Source of the DNA: an uncultured Verrucomicrobiae bacterium
GTDB taxonomy: Bacteria; Verrucomicrobiota; Verrucomicrobiia; Chthoniobacterales; Terrimicrobiaceae
Assembly (NCBI GenBank): GCA_963706955.1
Contig: CAVPOC010000002.1
Coordinates: 128,001 to 192,000 of the forward strand
Direction: 5' to 3'
Length of the DNA stretch: 64,000 bases
The translations under genes were made by a program, and so were the position numbers. Shown here piece by piece: positions 1 through 12,003 of the stretch. Each line of letters opens with the position of its first letter. Position 1 is the first letter of the stretch. Under the pieces are notes generated by a model, which saw nothing but the letters and a program-made list of their open reading frames with translations, was not told the DNA's origin and searched no databases.

Positions 1-21
1 CACAGTGAAACCGAAGAAGTT

Positions 22-52
22 TGTGGGGGCGCTTGACACAAGCGCCCCTACA
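22..52 (-). repeat. GTAG-type REP palindrome
   Basis: Reverse complement reads TGTAGGGGCGCTTGTGTCAAGCGCCC, identical to the start of the copy at 32203. Confidence 0.75.
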
Positions 53-86
53 AACTCGTCGATTTCGGCTGGGTAAATTTCTTGTT

Positions 87-773
87 TTGGCGTCCAAATT
101 AGCAAGATCGACCGATTCGATCGAACACCTCTTAAACCTGTTGAAGTCCTCCCCGCGAGGGCCGGTCTTCAATCCATGGTGGCAGGTCGATGCTGCCAAC
201 GATATTGGCCGGCAAGCTCCGCGGATCCGGCGCGAGCAACTGCGGGCCTACTTGTCAGAACGCATCGGCAAAGCGCAACTGGCATTGATTGGAGAGGCTC
301 TCGGCTACCGCGGCGGGCATTTCACCGGCATCGCCATGACTTCCGAGCGAATCCTTCTGGGCGAAAATCCGGACGTCGCGCCGACCGATGTTTTCTCTGC
401 AATTAGACCTCGGCGGGCAAGCAAGCTGGAGAGAGCGCCGCGGGGGTTCTCCGAGCCTACAGCAAGCATTGTCTGGAGCACGCTGCTTCGCCTTGGGATG
501 CGGAGCGACGAATTTGTCCTGTGGAACGTGTTTCCGTGGCACTCGTTTGCTCCGCGCTTCGGCATGTTGAGCAATCGGATGCCGACTACTGGGGAGGTGA
601 GAGCAAGCGCACCTGTCTTGAAGGCATTTCTAAGCCTCTTCGCCAGTGCACGTGTCGTGGCTGTGGGGCGGGTCGCTGCCTCGCAACTTCCATCGGCAGC
701 ATGCGTGCGACACCCGGCGAGCGGAGGATCTGCGCTCTTCCGTCGACAGATCGCATCGCTTCTCGTCGTCTAA
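87..773 (+). CDS. Uracil-DNA glycosylase superfamily protein
   Basis: Motifs GEALGYRGGHFTGIAMTSE, WNVFPWH, SNRMPT and C-terminal RHPASGG. The start is uncertain because the ORF start at 21 lies in the REP. Confidence 0.8.
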   Translation: MASKLARSTDSIEHLLNLLKSSPRGPVFNPWWQVDAANDIGRQAPRIRREQLRAYLSERIGKAQLALIGEALGYRGGHFTGIAMTSERILLGENPDVAPTDVFSAIRPRRASKLERAPRGFSEPTASIVWSTLLRLGMRSDEFVLWNVFPWHSFAPRFGMLSNRMPTTGEVRASAPVLKAFLSLFASARVVAVGRVAASQLPSAACVRHPASGGSALFRRQIASLLVV

Positions 774-959
774 TGCCGGCAGCAAAGCTGGGAGGGCAAC
801 GGGCAAGAGCGCTTCCCTGGAGAAGGCGCTGAGAACCGGCTGGGAAGACACACCGATCGCGGGCCAAGTCGATGAGAAGCGAAACTCACTCTTCTTCCAC
901 GAAGGCGAGACGAAGCTGCTGGACAGCGTTAGTTGACCGATTAGTTTTGCGAATTTCGC

Positions 960-3900
960 ATGCTCAAACATCCGCTGCTGACAGAGAGCCGCATCCGACA
1001 GACTCTCGAACGCATTGAAAAGTTGGTCAATTGGCCGACGGCTCCGCTCGAGATCGCCGCGTGGGCTGTGCACGGGGAACCAGTTCCTCCGGAGCGCGCT
1101 TTTAAGGCGAAGTATCGGCCGTTCTCCGTTGGAGAAATGTGGGGTTCGTTGTGGGATACTGTTTGGTTCCGCTTTCAAGGGCAAGTCCCTACGGAGTGGA
1201 AGGGGCGCGAAGTCGTTGCTCTGGTGCGGCTGACCAGTCTCGGACCGGAAGGTTTTGCGGCTGAAGGAGCAATTTATCAAAACGGCCGGCTCATTCGCGC
1301 CTTGAATCTGAACCGACGCGAGGTCGAGATCACCGCGAAGGCGAAAGGCGGTGAGCGATTCGAGTTCTTTGTCGAGGCCGCTGCCAACGGTGGAACCAAC
1401 TCCACCGGAGATGCCATCGGACTTAACCTTCCCGACTATCACGGCAAGCCACTTTTCCAGCTCGAACAAGCCGAGCTCGCCTGTCGAAACTCCGAGGCGT
1501 TTAATTTTTACTTCGACTTCAAGTTTGCCGCCGAAGCGATGGACGCGCTGCCCGAGAATTCGCAGCGTCGCGCCGAACTGCGCTACGCCTTGAACGAGTC
1601 GGTCAACGAATTCGATCAGGACGATCCCTCGACCCTCAAGCGAGCAGCGGCCGCCTTGCGCGCCGTTATGGGACGTCGAAACGGGGACACCGTGCATAAG
1701 CTGTCGGCGGTCGGCCACGCGCACATCGACACAGCCTGGCTCTGGCCATTGCGGGAGACGATTCGGAAGTGCGCCCGCACCTTTTCTACCGCGTTGAACT
1801 ACATGCAGAAATATCCCGGCTACGTGTTCGTCTGCTCCCAAGCACAGCAGTACGCGTGGATGAAGGCCTACTATCCGGAGATCTGGGAAGGCATAAAAAA
1901 AGCGGTCCGTCGGGGACAATGGGAGCCGGTAGGCTCCATGTGGGTCGAAACAGATTGCAATCTCGTCTCTGGTGAATCGCTCGTTCGCCAAATCCTCTTG
2001 GGGAAAAGCTTCTTCGAAAAAGAGCTCGGCTACGAGACCAAGGACGTTTGGATTCCGGACGTATTTGGCTATGCCGCTTCCCTGCCGCAGATCATGCGCA
2101 AGTCCGGGATCGACTACTTCCTCACTCAGAAGATCTCCTGGAATCAATTCAACAAATTTCCGCACCATACGTTCTTCTGGGAGGGAATCGATGGCACGCG
2201 CATCTTTGCACACTTCCCACCGGCGGACACCTACAACGCGGATACTGGACCGGGTCAACTCGTTCGAAGTGTGCAAAACTTTCGAGAACTCGATCGCGCG
2301 ACAAGGTCGCTGCTGGTATTCGGCTGGGGTGACGGAGGAGGCGGTCCCAGCATTGAGATGCTGGAAAAAGTGCGTCGGGCCCGAGACTTCGACGGCCTTC
2401 CGCAGGTCCAGCACGAAAAGGCGATCAAGTTTTTTGAAAAAGCGAAGGCCGACGCCAAGGATCCCCCCGTTTGGGTTGGCGAGCTCTACCTCGAACTTCA
2501 TCGCGGCACCTACACGAGCCAGGCGAAAAACAAACGCGCCAACCGTAAATCAGAGCTTCTCCTTCGAGACGCCGAGTTTCTCGATGCCGTTACCTTCGCG
2601 CTTGCGCCTGGACGCAAGCAATCCGTAGCGGATCCGGAGCGTGCTCTCTACGATGTCACCGGCCTGGAAGAATCGCCGAAGACACATCGCGCTGCTCTGG
2701 AACGCGCGTGGAAACTCGTGCTACTAAATCAATTCCACGACATTATTCCCGGCTCTTCGATCAATTGGGTCTACCAAGATAGTCAGCGCGACTACGAGAC
2801 CATTCGCCAACTCGGAGAATCTGTGCGCGACTCCGCGCTCGCGACGCTCGCGATGCTGATCGACAGCGCCTCGTTCAAAAACCCTGTTCTCGTGGCGAAC
2901 AGCCTCGGTTTTCGCCGTCAGGAAATCATCGAGTTGCCAGACGGAGAGCTCGCCAGCGTCGACGTTCCGCCTTGCGGCTATATCGTTGTCGAGAAGGCCG
3001 ACCAATTTCTTCGCACGACGGACCAGCCGGTCAAAGCTTCCCAGTCGCGCAACGGGATCATTCTCGAGAACGGCCTCTTGCGCGTGAAAGTCAACGCCAA
3101 AGGCCACCTGGCGAGTGTCTTCGATCTGCGAGCCCGCCGCGAGGTCCTCAGTGAACAGGGAAATCTCTTCCACCTGCATCGCGACATCCCCGATCGCTGG
3201 GACGCCTGGGACGTGGACATCTACTACAAAGAACGGTGTGACGTCATTGAGGGGTTGGAAAAGTTGGAACTGGTCGAAAGCGGCCCGCTGCGTGGTAGAG
3301 TCAGAATCGTCCGCACCTTTGGAAAGTCTCGGATCGAACAGCAGATCATCCTCACTGCGGGCTCGGCTCGAATCGATTTTCCGAGCGAAGTAGAATGGAA
3401 GGAGAGCCAAAAGCTTCTCAAAGTCGCCTTCCCCGTGGATGTTCATGCACAAAAGGCGACATACGAAATCCAATTTGGACACCTCGAGCGGCATACGCAT
3501 GCCAACACCAGCTGGGATATGGGCAAATTCGAGGTTTGCGCCCAGAAGTGGGTCGATCTCTCTGAGGCGAGATACGGCGTCGCGCTGCTCAATGATTGCA
3601 AATATGGGCACGACATTCAGGGAAATGTCATGCGCTTGAGCCTGCTCCGCGCGCCAATTTCTCCGGATCCACTGGCCGACCGCGGCAGGCATGCATTTAC
3701 CTATTCGCTGCTCCCGCACATCGGAGATTTGCGCGACAGCCACGTGGTCGAACAGGCCTATAGCCTGAATGCGCCTCTCATTATCCGCGATCTTAAGCCT
3801 GCTGCCGGCAGCCTTCCGGCGTCGCATTCGTTTTTTCTAGGCAGCCGCCCTGGAGTCGTCTTCGAAACCATTAAAGTCGCCGAAGCTGGCACGGGAATTG

Positions 3901-4085
3901 TCGTTCGGCTTTACGAAGCCGAAGGCGGGCGCGGTCCGCTGGAGGTCACTACGACTCTACCGGTGCGGAAGGCGTGGTTGACAAGTCTGCTCGAAGGCGA
4001 CGAGGAACCGCTCCCCATCAACAATGGCGTCGTTCATCTCGATTTAAAGCCGTTCGAGATTATCACGCTCAAGTTCGTGCTTTAG
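960..4085 (+). CDS. Alpha-mannosidase, GH38
   Basis: GHAHIDTAWLWP, WIPDVFGY, WVGELYLELHRGTYTSQ and NQFHDIIPGSSI motifs; 1041 aa. Confidence 0.95.
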   Translation: MLKHPLLTESRIRQTLERIEKLVNWPTAPLEIAAWAVHGEPVPPERAFKAKYRPFSVGEMWGSLWDTVWFRFQGQVPTEWKGREVVALVRLTSLGPEGFAAEGAIYQNGRLIRALNLNRREVEITAKAKGGERFEFFVEAAANGGTNSTGDAIGLNLPDYHGKPLFQLEQAELACRNSEAFNFYFDFKFAAEAMDALPENSQRRAELRYALNESVNEFDQDDPSTLKRAAAALRAVMGRRNGDTVHKLSAVGHAHIDTAWLWPLRETIRKCARTFSTALNYMQKYPGYVFVCSQAQQYAWMKAYYPEIWEGIKKAVRRGQWEPVGSMWVETDCNLVSGESLVRQILLGKSFFEKELGYETKDVWIPDVFGYAASLPQIMRKSGIDYFLTQKISWNQFNKFPHHTFFWEGIDGTRIFAHFPPADTYNADTGPGQLVRSVQNFRELDRATRSLLVFGWGDGGGGPSIEMLEKVRRARDFDGLPQVQHEKAIKFFEKAKADAKDPPVWVGELYLELHRGTYTSQAKNKRANRKSELLLRDAEFLDAVTFALAPGRKQSVADPERALYDVTGLEESPKTHRAALERAWKLVLLNQFHDIIPGSSINWVYQDSQRDYETIRQLGESVRDSALATLAMLIDSASFKNPVLVANSLGFRRQEIIELPDGELASVDVPPCGYIVVEKADQFLRTTDQPVKASQSRNGIILENGLLRVKVNAKGHLASVFDLRARREVLSEQGNLFHLHRDIPDRWDAWDVDIYYKERCDVIEGLEKLELVESGPLRGRVRIVRTFGKSRIEQQIILTAGSARIDFPSEVEWKESQKLLKVAFPVDVHAQKATYEIQFGHLERHTHANTSWDMGKFEVCAQKWVDLSEARYGVALLNDCKYGHDIQGNVMRLSLLRAPISPDPLADRGRHAFTYSLLPHIGDLRDSHVVEQAYSLNAPLIIRDLKPAAGSLPASHSFFLGSRPGVVFETIKVAEAGTGIVVRLYEAEGGRGPLEVTTTLPVRKAWLTSLLEGDEEPLPINNGVVHLDLKPFEIITLKFVL

Positions 4086-4166
4086 TCTGGCTGTGCCTTC
4101 GCCAGCCAGTGCCTCGCCGCCCAGTTCACCATTGTCAGGAGGCCCTTGGCGCGGTAAGACGCGCAT

Positions 4167-5885
4167 GTGCTTGAGCTCAATCCCGAGAACAAGATCGCGG
4201 GTATCCTGGCTCCAGTCTTCGCGGTGCGCGGCCAGCGAGATTTGGGGGTTGGCGATACTGAAGCACTCAAGGAATTGATTTCCTGGACTGCTCGGCAGGG
4301 GCTTTCGGTTGTTCAAATCTTGCCGATCAACGAAACCGGCGGGGATTGCAGTCCTTACAACCTCCTGAGCGCAATGGCCCTTGAGCCTACCACCATCGCC
4401 ACGCTTCCAGGGGTTCTCCCCGACTTAACCCAGGAGGACTTCGATCGGATCGTTGCTCGTTACGATCTGGCCGCGCTGCGCCAGGGAATCGTCCAATACC
4501 GCGAGGTAAGAAAACTCAAGCGACAACTCCTCTACGCCGCTTTCAGGACATTTCGTTCCCGCTCAGCTGAGAAATCCAGATCGAGAGAGTTTGCGGACTT
4601 TGAGCGCGCGCATGCCCACTGGCTGCCCGCTTACGCGACCCATCGCGCGCTCGTGAGCTGGCATGACGAGTGCGAAGACTGTGAGCAATGGCCGCGCGAA
4701 CACGGCTCTCCCACCGCCGTCCGCGTCTGGACCGAATCTCTCACTCCCGGCAGCAAGCGGCAGTTCCGCGACCTCCTGCGCTTCCACGCGTATGTCCAAT
4801 GGATCGCTTATTCTCAGTGGCTGTCTGTCCGCAGCCATGCAGAGCAAGAAGGCGTGGCGCTGATGGGTGACATTCCGGTGGGGGTCAGCAGGCACAGCGC
4901 GGATGTCTGGGGTGATCCCGACATCTTCGATCTCAAGCATTCCAGCGGCGCGCCGCCTGAAAAGGCGTTCAAGGCCGACCCTTTCACCGCCAAATGGGGA
5001 CAGAATTGGGGCTTCCCGCTCTACAATTGGGAACGGATGGCCCAGGACAACTATGCCTGGTGGCGAAGACGCTCCCGACTCCTCATGAGTATTTTTCACC
5101 TCTTGCGCGTGGACCACGCCCTCGGCTTTTTCAGGATCTACAGCTTCCCGTGGCCTCCCTCGGAGAATCTCTAGGTTTGTGGATCTTGCGCCCGAACAAG
5201 TGATGAAAATCACCGCCGGGGAGTTGCCGCGCTTCATGGATCGCGACGATAGCAACGACGAAAACCGCGAATACAACCGCCAGCATGGCGAACGACTCTT
5301 CAAGATGCTCCTCGAAGAGATCGGCCAACCATCGCCTGATCGCCGAAGATCTCGGCGAGGTTGCCCCTTACGTCCGACCCACTTTGGAGCAATTGGAGAT
5401 CCCAGGTTTCAAAATCCCCCAGTGGGAACGCAATTGGGACCGCCTGATCCCGGGCACTGACTATCAGCGCCTTAGCCTTGCCACTTTCGCGACCCATGAC
5501 CACCCGCCAGTCAAGTCCCACTGGGATGAGCTGTTCCTTGTCGCCCAAAGCGAAGACAAGACACTGCGCGATGCCGCCATTCACGGTATGTGGGAGCTGA
5601 TGGATTTTTGCGGCAAACCGGATACCGAGCTGCCCCAGGCCTTCAGCCCGCAAATCCAGGAGACCCTGCTCGGCGGGACTCTTCTCCAGCAATTCCTGGA
5701 TCGCTATTCACATGATTCCCGATCTTTTTGGCACCGAAGAACGCTTCAACGTGCCCGGATCCGCCTGCGAGGCCAATTGGACCCAGCGGATGCCTCTGCC
5801 TATTCAGGAATGGGACAACGCATACAGTTCACCCCTAAAACTTGTCCGCCAATCCCTCTCTCAAACCGGAAGATCGAGAAAATAA
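4167..5885 (+). CDS. malQ: 4-alpha-glucanotransferase (amylomaltase, GH77), split by three frameshifts (~5168, ~5326, ~5678)
   Basis: QILPINE, SPY, GDIPVGVSRHSADVW, GQNWGFPLYNW, RVDHALGFFR, then IAEDLG, THDHP and RFNVPG...NWTQRM in successive frames; stop TAA at 5883-5885. Confidence 0.85.
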
Positions 5886-5951
5886 CCAAAAGCAAGGTTG
5901 CGAAACGGTCCGAGATCTGCTTACTAAACTTCAAGGCAACAGATATTTGCA

Positions 5952-6284
5952 ATGGCCAATCTTACAAAACGGGATCTAGTAATGCGGATCAGCAAGGAGA
6001 CGGGGCTTGTCCAGCAGGACGTCTTCGACGTCATCCAGAAAACTCTGGATTATATTACCGAAGCCCTCTCCAAGGGACAGGATGTCGAGCTTCGCAATTT
6101 CGGCGTTTTCGAAGTGCGCCTGACAAAGTCGCGTGTCGGACGCAACCCTCACAAGCCGGAGCACGACGTGGTGATTCCCGCGCGCGCAACTGTCAAGTTC
6201 AAGTCCGGCAAAATTATGCGTCAGCGAGTCCTGCTGCGCACCGAAGAGCTCAAAAATGTCGAGAAAGACGGCGCGACTGCGTAA
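5952..6284 (+). CDS. HU/IHF family DNA-binding protein
   Basis: LTKRDLV, VELRNFGVFEV, GRNP and IPARATVKFKSGK signature. Confidence 0.92.
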   Translation: MANLTKRDLVMRISKETGLVQQDVFDVIQKTLDYITEALSKGQDVELRNFGVFEVRLTKSRVGRNPHKPEHDVVIPARATVKFKSGKIMRQRVLLRTEELKNVEKDGATA

Positions 6285-6305
6285 GTTTCCGTCGTAGAGT
6301 GGACG

Positions 6306-9300
6306 GTGTCCTCGATCATACGCGTCCGCGGCGCGCGTCAAAATAATCTCTGCGGTCTAGACCTCGACCTGCCCCTTGGGCAGCTCATCGTGGTCACGGG
6401 GCCGAGCGGCAGTGGCAAGTCAAGTCTTGCCTTTGATACCCTCTATGCCGAGGGGCAGAGGCGTTATGTAGAGACCTTCAGCCCCTATACGCGCCAATTC
6501 CTCGAGAGGATGGACAAGCCCAAGGCCGACCTTATCGAGGGGATTCCTCCGGCCATCGCCATCGAACAGGCCAATCATGTCAAGACGACGCGCTCGACGG
6601 TGGGGACGATTACCGAAATCAATGACTATCTAAAGCAGTTCTTTCCCAGGGTTTGCCACGCGTTTTGTCCATCGTGTCAGCGTGAGATTCGCACCGAGAC
6701 GACTAGCTCCGTTCTCGAGGAAATCGTGCGCGAATACGGCGGGCGCCAGGTCTTGGTGACATTTGGCGTCACCGCTCCGATCGGCACCGCCCCCGCCGAC
6801 TTTTTCGCCTTTCTTCGACAGCAGGGATATTTGCGCGTTTGGCTCAATCATCGCGCGATTCGCACCGACGAGCCCCCGGAAATGCACACTCTTCCTGTGA
6901 TCGTGCCCGTCATCCAGGACCGCCTGACCGTTTCCGCGGAGAATTGTTTGCGCTTAAACGAAGCCATTGAGGCGGCTTTCCGCTTCGGCTCCGGAAAAAT
7001 TCAAATCGTGCACGAAGGTTCAAGCCATCCCTTCTCCACGGGCTGGCATTGTCCGCACTGCGATCTTGCCATCCGGGCTCCGACGCCGGGACTTTTTAGC
7101 TTCAATAACCCGCTGGGGGCCTGTCCGACTGCCGCGGCTTTGGGCGAACAATCGGCATCGATTGGAGCCGCGTCATGCCAGACCGGTCGCTTTCGATTGC
7201 ATCCGGCGTCGTCAAGCCCTTCCAGAGTGGTCACTCGAAGGAATGCCAGCGCGATTTGATGCGGGCGGCAGCGCGAAATGAAATCGACGTGAACTGCCCT
7301 TTCGAGGAACTGCCGCTACCAGATCAAAACTGGGTCATCGAAGGCGATGGCGGGAATCCCGATGAGGCGTGGGAACAGGGCCAATGGTATGGAGTGAAAG
7401 GCTTTTTCAATTGGCTCGAATCGAAGACCTACAAGATGCACATCCGGGTTCTTCTGAGCAGGTATCGAAATTATCAGCCGTGCCCACGGTGCGGCGGAGC
7501 ACGCCTGCAGCCCGAGGCGCTCAATTTTCGCCTGCAGCCGGCGCATAAAACGCTACCCGAAATCGCGGCGACCCCAGTGCGTGAGCTTCTCGACGAGGTC
7601 GAGGCGGCGCAGTTGCCGGCTGGGGACGCCACTTCGAAACTCTTGCGCGAGCAGATTGCTTCGCGTCTTCGTTACTTAAACGAAGTCGGCCTTGGCTACC
7701 TCACTCTGGATCGTCCGACGCGAACGCTTTCCGGCGGCGAGATTGAGCGGGTCAACCTCACGACCTGCCTCGGAGCTTCGCTCGTCAACACGCTCTTTGT
7801 CATGGACGAACCAACTGTCGGTCTGCACCCGCGCGACACCGGAAGGCTCGTGGATATCATGCAAGCACTGCGCGCCAAGGGAAACACCCTCGTCGTCGTC
7901 GAACACGAAGAGGCGGTCATTCGACGGGCCGATCACATCGTTGACATCGGACCGGGTCGTGGCAGCGACGGCGGAAAGCTGATGTTTAGTGGCCCGGCGG
8001 CCGAATTCCAAAACTCCGAGCCCGGGTTTTCTTCGCTCACCGCCGATTATCTTTCCGCGAGAAAAGTCATTCCGGTGCCTGCGCGCCGCCGCAAGGCGAA
8101 GCGAGATGCTGAAGTTGCGCGGCATTCGGCACCACAATCTTCAGGATCTCGACATCGATATTCCGCTTGAGCGTTCTTTGCTGCGTAACCGGCGTCTCCG
8201 GTTCCGGAAAGAGCTCGCTGGTCCATGATGTCCTCTATCGAAGTCTGGCGGGCAACGCCGGACTCTACGGCATTTCTCGGTTTGACGAGGATGGGGCGTC
8301 TGGGACCTGCCGTTCCATCACCGGAGGAGAAGAGATCAGCGACGCGATCATGGTGGATCAATCTCCCCTGGCGCGAACCCCGCGCTCCACGCCGGCGGTC
8401 TACATCGGCGCCTACGATGCAATTCGCGAGGTCTTCGGCACTCATCCGAATGCGCTTTCGGCCGGCCTCTCTCCCTCCTCGTTTTCCTTTAATACGGGGG
8501 ATGGCCGATGCGAACGCTGCGCGGGATTGGGTTTCGAGAAGATCGAGATGCAATTTTTGAGCGATCTTTACTTACGCTGTCCCGAATGCGAAGGACGCCG
8601 CTTTCAACCGCATGTCCTCAAGATCCGGGTTGGCGATCGCTCAATTGCCGACGTGCTGGAGATGACGGTGGGTGAGGCGATCGCCTTTTTCCAGGAGGAC
8701 GAGCGCATCGCCATGCCTCTCAGCCTGCTGGCGGAGGTGGGTCTCGATTATCTTCGCCTCGGTCAGCCCGTCAACGCTCTCAGCGGTGGAGAATCTCAGC
8801 GCCTCAAGTTGGCGGGGCACCTTGCGGAACCGAGCGGAGCCGGCGCGCTGCTGATCTTTGATGAACCGACCACCGGCTTGCACTTCGACGACGTCGCACG
8901 ACTGCTCAGAGTGTTTCATCGTCTCGTCGACGAGGGCAAAAGTCTGGTTGTCGTTGAGCATAATCTCGAAGTGATCAAATGCGCGGATTGGGTCATCGAT
9001 CTGGGTCCGGAGGCTGGCGATCAAGGCGGTCGGCTGGTGGCCGTAGGAACTCCCGAGCAGATTGTCGCGAGCGACGCTTCCCACACCGGACGCTTTCTCG
9101 GGAATGCTCTGGCTGACCGGCGCGGCCGAATTGAGGATCGGCTCCTTCAGCCGACCGCACGCGCATCGGCGAACAACTTTTCCAATGCGATTCGGCTCCG
9201 CGGGGCACGTGAACACAATCTCAAGAATGTGACGCTTGAAATCCCCCGAGAGAAAATCGTCGTGATTACAGGGCTGAGCGGATCGGGCAAATCGACACTC

Positions 9301-11887
9301 GCCTTCGACATCTTGTTTGCGGAAGGCCAGCGACGCTTTCTGGACAGTATGTCGGCCTATGCAAGGCAGTTTGTGGAACAGCTCGAAAAGCCGGATGTCG
9401 ATTCCATCGAGGGCCTGCCGCCGAGCGTTGCGATCGAACAACGCATCACCAGGGGCGGCGGAAAGTCGACCGTGGCAACCGTCACCGAAGTCTATCATTT
9501 CCTTCGGCTCCTCTTCTCAAAACTCGGCACGCAACATTGTCCCGACTGCGGTGTCGCCGTCGAAAAGCAGACGCTTTCCGCCATTACCGGAGCCGTTCAG
9601 CGACTCGCCAGCCGCGGCGCGGTTCAAGTCTTTGCCCCGCTGATCAAAGCACGCAAGGGCTTCCATACAAGAGTTGCCGAGTGGGCGGCGCGCAATGGTA
9701 TCGATTTTCTTCTTGTGGACGGCGCGATCACGCCTGTCGCCAGCTTTTCGAGGCTCGAGCGGTTTAAGGAACACTCGATCGATGCACTGGTCGGCGAAGT
9801 CCTCCCTCGCCGCGATGCGAGGGAACTCGTCCGTCGAGCGCTTGAAATTGGCAAGGGCTCGGCTCGCGTTCGGGACAGCAAAGGGAAGTTCCACATCGTC
9901 AGCTCGGAAATGAATTGTCCGGAGTGTGGCCGCGCCTTCGAGGCGCTGGATCCGAGGCTTTTCTCCTTTAATTCGCCGCACGGCTGGTGCTCGCATTGCC
10001 GCGGATTTGGCGAGGTGTGGGAGGATTATTCGGAGAAGGACTTCGATTCGGCACTCGAGGCTGAGCTCGCGGAGGAACGCAGCCACGAGGTTCTTGATGA
10101 TGGCGAGGCACGTCCCTGCCCGGTCTGCCGTGGAACACGCATCAACGAAACCGCTCGGAGCGTCTTCCTTCATGGAGAAACAATTACCAGCATCACGCGG
10201 CTCGCTGCCGATGCTTCGCTCAAGAGCATTCAACGGCTTAAATTTCAAAGGAAACGAAAAGGAAATTGCTTCCGACATTCTTACCGAGATCGTTCAGCGC
10301 CTGCGCTTCCTTTGTCAGGTAGGATTGGGCTACCTGACATTGGATCGTGCGTCCAACTCGCTTAGCGGCGGCGAGTCTCAACGCATCCGCCTGGCCGCCC
10401 AGCTTGGCTCCAACCTGCGAGGTGTGCTCTATGTTCTTGACGAGCCGACCATCGGACTGCATGCGCGTGATAACTCCCGCCTTCTCGAGGCGCTGGAAAC
10501 TCTCGCGCGACAGGGGAACTCACTCGTTATCGTCGAGCATGACGAAGAAACAATGCGCCGCGCCGACCACATCATCGATCTCGGACCGCAAGCCGGCGCC
10601 CACGGCGGCGAGGTCGTCGCTACGGGTCAAATTGCGGAAATTATCGCCCATCCAAATTCTCTCACCGGTCGATGCTTGAAGCACCCGATGATCCACCCGT
10701 TCCGTGGGCTCCGGCGGAGCTTGGCGGATGCTCCGGGCTGGATCGAAGTTGCCGGAGCGCGACTCCATAACCTCAAGGATCTTGATGTTCGCTTTCCCAT
10801 CAATCGGCTGACTGTCGTCACCGGAATCTCGGGCTCGGGCAAGAGCACTCTCGTTGGCGGCGTATTGCTGCCAGCGGTCAGGGAAGCGCTCCAGCGAAAA
10901 TCTGCGGCCACCCAGCGCGCACGGCTCTCGGCCTCGGCAAACGACGCACCCTGGCAGGCACAGCGAGGAACCGAGCTGCTCGGAGCGGTTTTGGAGGTCG
11001 ATCAATCTCCGATTGGCAAGACGTCGCGTTCAATTCCCGCAACATATATCAAGGTCTTCGATGAAATTCGGGCGCTCTATGCCACGCTCCCTGCTGCACG
11101 GATGCGCGGATACAGCGCGAGTCGGTTTTCGTTCAATAACGAAGGCGGTCGTTGCGAATCCTGCCTAGGCCAGGGAGTCATCAAGCTCGAGATGAACTTC
11201 CTGCCACCCTCTTACATTCCTTGCCAGGAATGTGAGGGGAAGCGCTACAACGGAGCGACGCTGGAAATCGAATACAATGGCAAATCGATCGGCGATGTCA
11301 TGGAGATGACGGTGGAGGAGGCCGCGGAATTCTTCGGCGCGCACCCGAAAATTCGCCGCGCTCTGCGCCTGATGGTGGAAACCGGTCTCGGCTACCTGAA
11401 GCTCGGCCAGCCAAGTCCGACATTGAGCGGTGGTGAGGCCCAACGGATCAAACTCGTCTCGCAACTCGCCCGGCGCGCCACCGCTGCGGCTGAGGAGATC
11501 CAAACGAGCCGTCGTGGCAAGTCGACTCTCTACATCCTGGAAGAACCAACCATAGGCCTGCACGCCCAAGATGTCGCCCAACTAATCAATATCCTTCATC
11601 GGCTCGTTGACGAGGGCGGCACCGTCGTCGTCGTCGAGCATCACATGGACGTGATCGCGGAAGCCGACTACATCGTCGATCTTGGTCCGGAAGCCGGAGC
11701 CAACGGCGGAGAGATTGTCGCCGTCGGTTCACCCGAGGAGGTCGCCCTTTCCCGACGCAGCCGCACGGCGCCATTTCTGCGTGAAATTCTCAAAAGAAAT
11801 CCGCACCCGTATCCGGCAAAATTGCCGGCTGACCGCCCGAACGCAACCGCGCCTGCGGCTGCCCCATTCGAGCTGGAACTACTTTAA
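6306..11887 (+). CDS. uvrA: Excinuclease ABC subunit A, double-length form (~1850 aa), split by about four frameshifts (~7130, ~8100, ~8170, ~10247)
   Basis: Four Walker A motifs ([32 protein letters not shown]), four LSGGE signatures, two EGQRR motifs and CxxC zinc fingers across ORFs 6306, 7175, 8167 and 9926. Confidence 0.9.
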
Positions 11888-11958
11888 ACAGAGGCAGAGC
11901 GACCGCCGCGAGATTTGCCGGCGCCGCATTTACTCTCGCGCGCACCTCCATGCACACG

Positions 11959-11987
11959 TTGACAACCCGCCGATGGGACGATAGTTA
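11959..11987 (+). promoter_or_regulatory. Possible sigma70-type promoter for korAB
   Basis: TTGACA, a 17-bp spacer, then a weak -10-like TAGTTA just upstream of the GTG at 12004. Confidence 0.35.
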
Positions 11988-12003
11988 GTTTAACCTTTTT
12001 ATC

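Noticed and set aside
775..936. Protein-like tail (SLEKALRTGWEDTPIAGQV...) between the UDG and GH38 genes
   Set aside because: No start codon context or identifiable family
630..2501. Long antisense ORFs (630-2501, 11884-13491, 2724-3827, 62001-63083 and others)
   Set aside because: Shadow frames opposite well-supported genes in GC-rich DNA, with no recognisable motifs
4167..5885. Programmed frameshifting or phase variation in malQ, uvrA or hrpB
   Set aside because: Multiple indels per gene without slippery heptamers or long repeat tracts; sequencing error is more parsimonious
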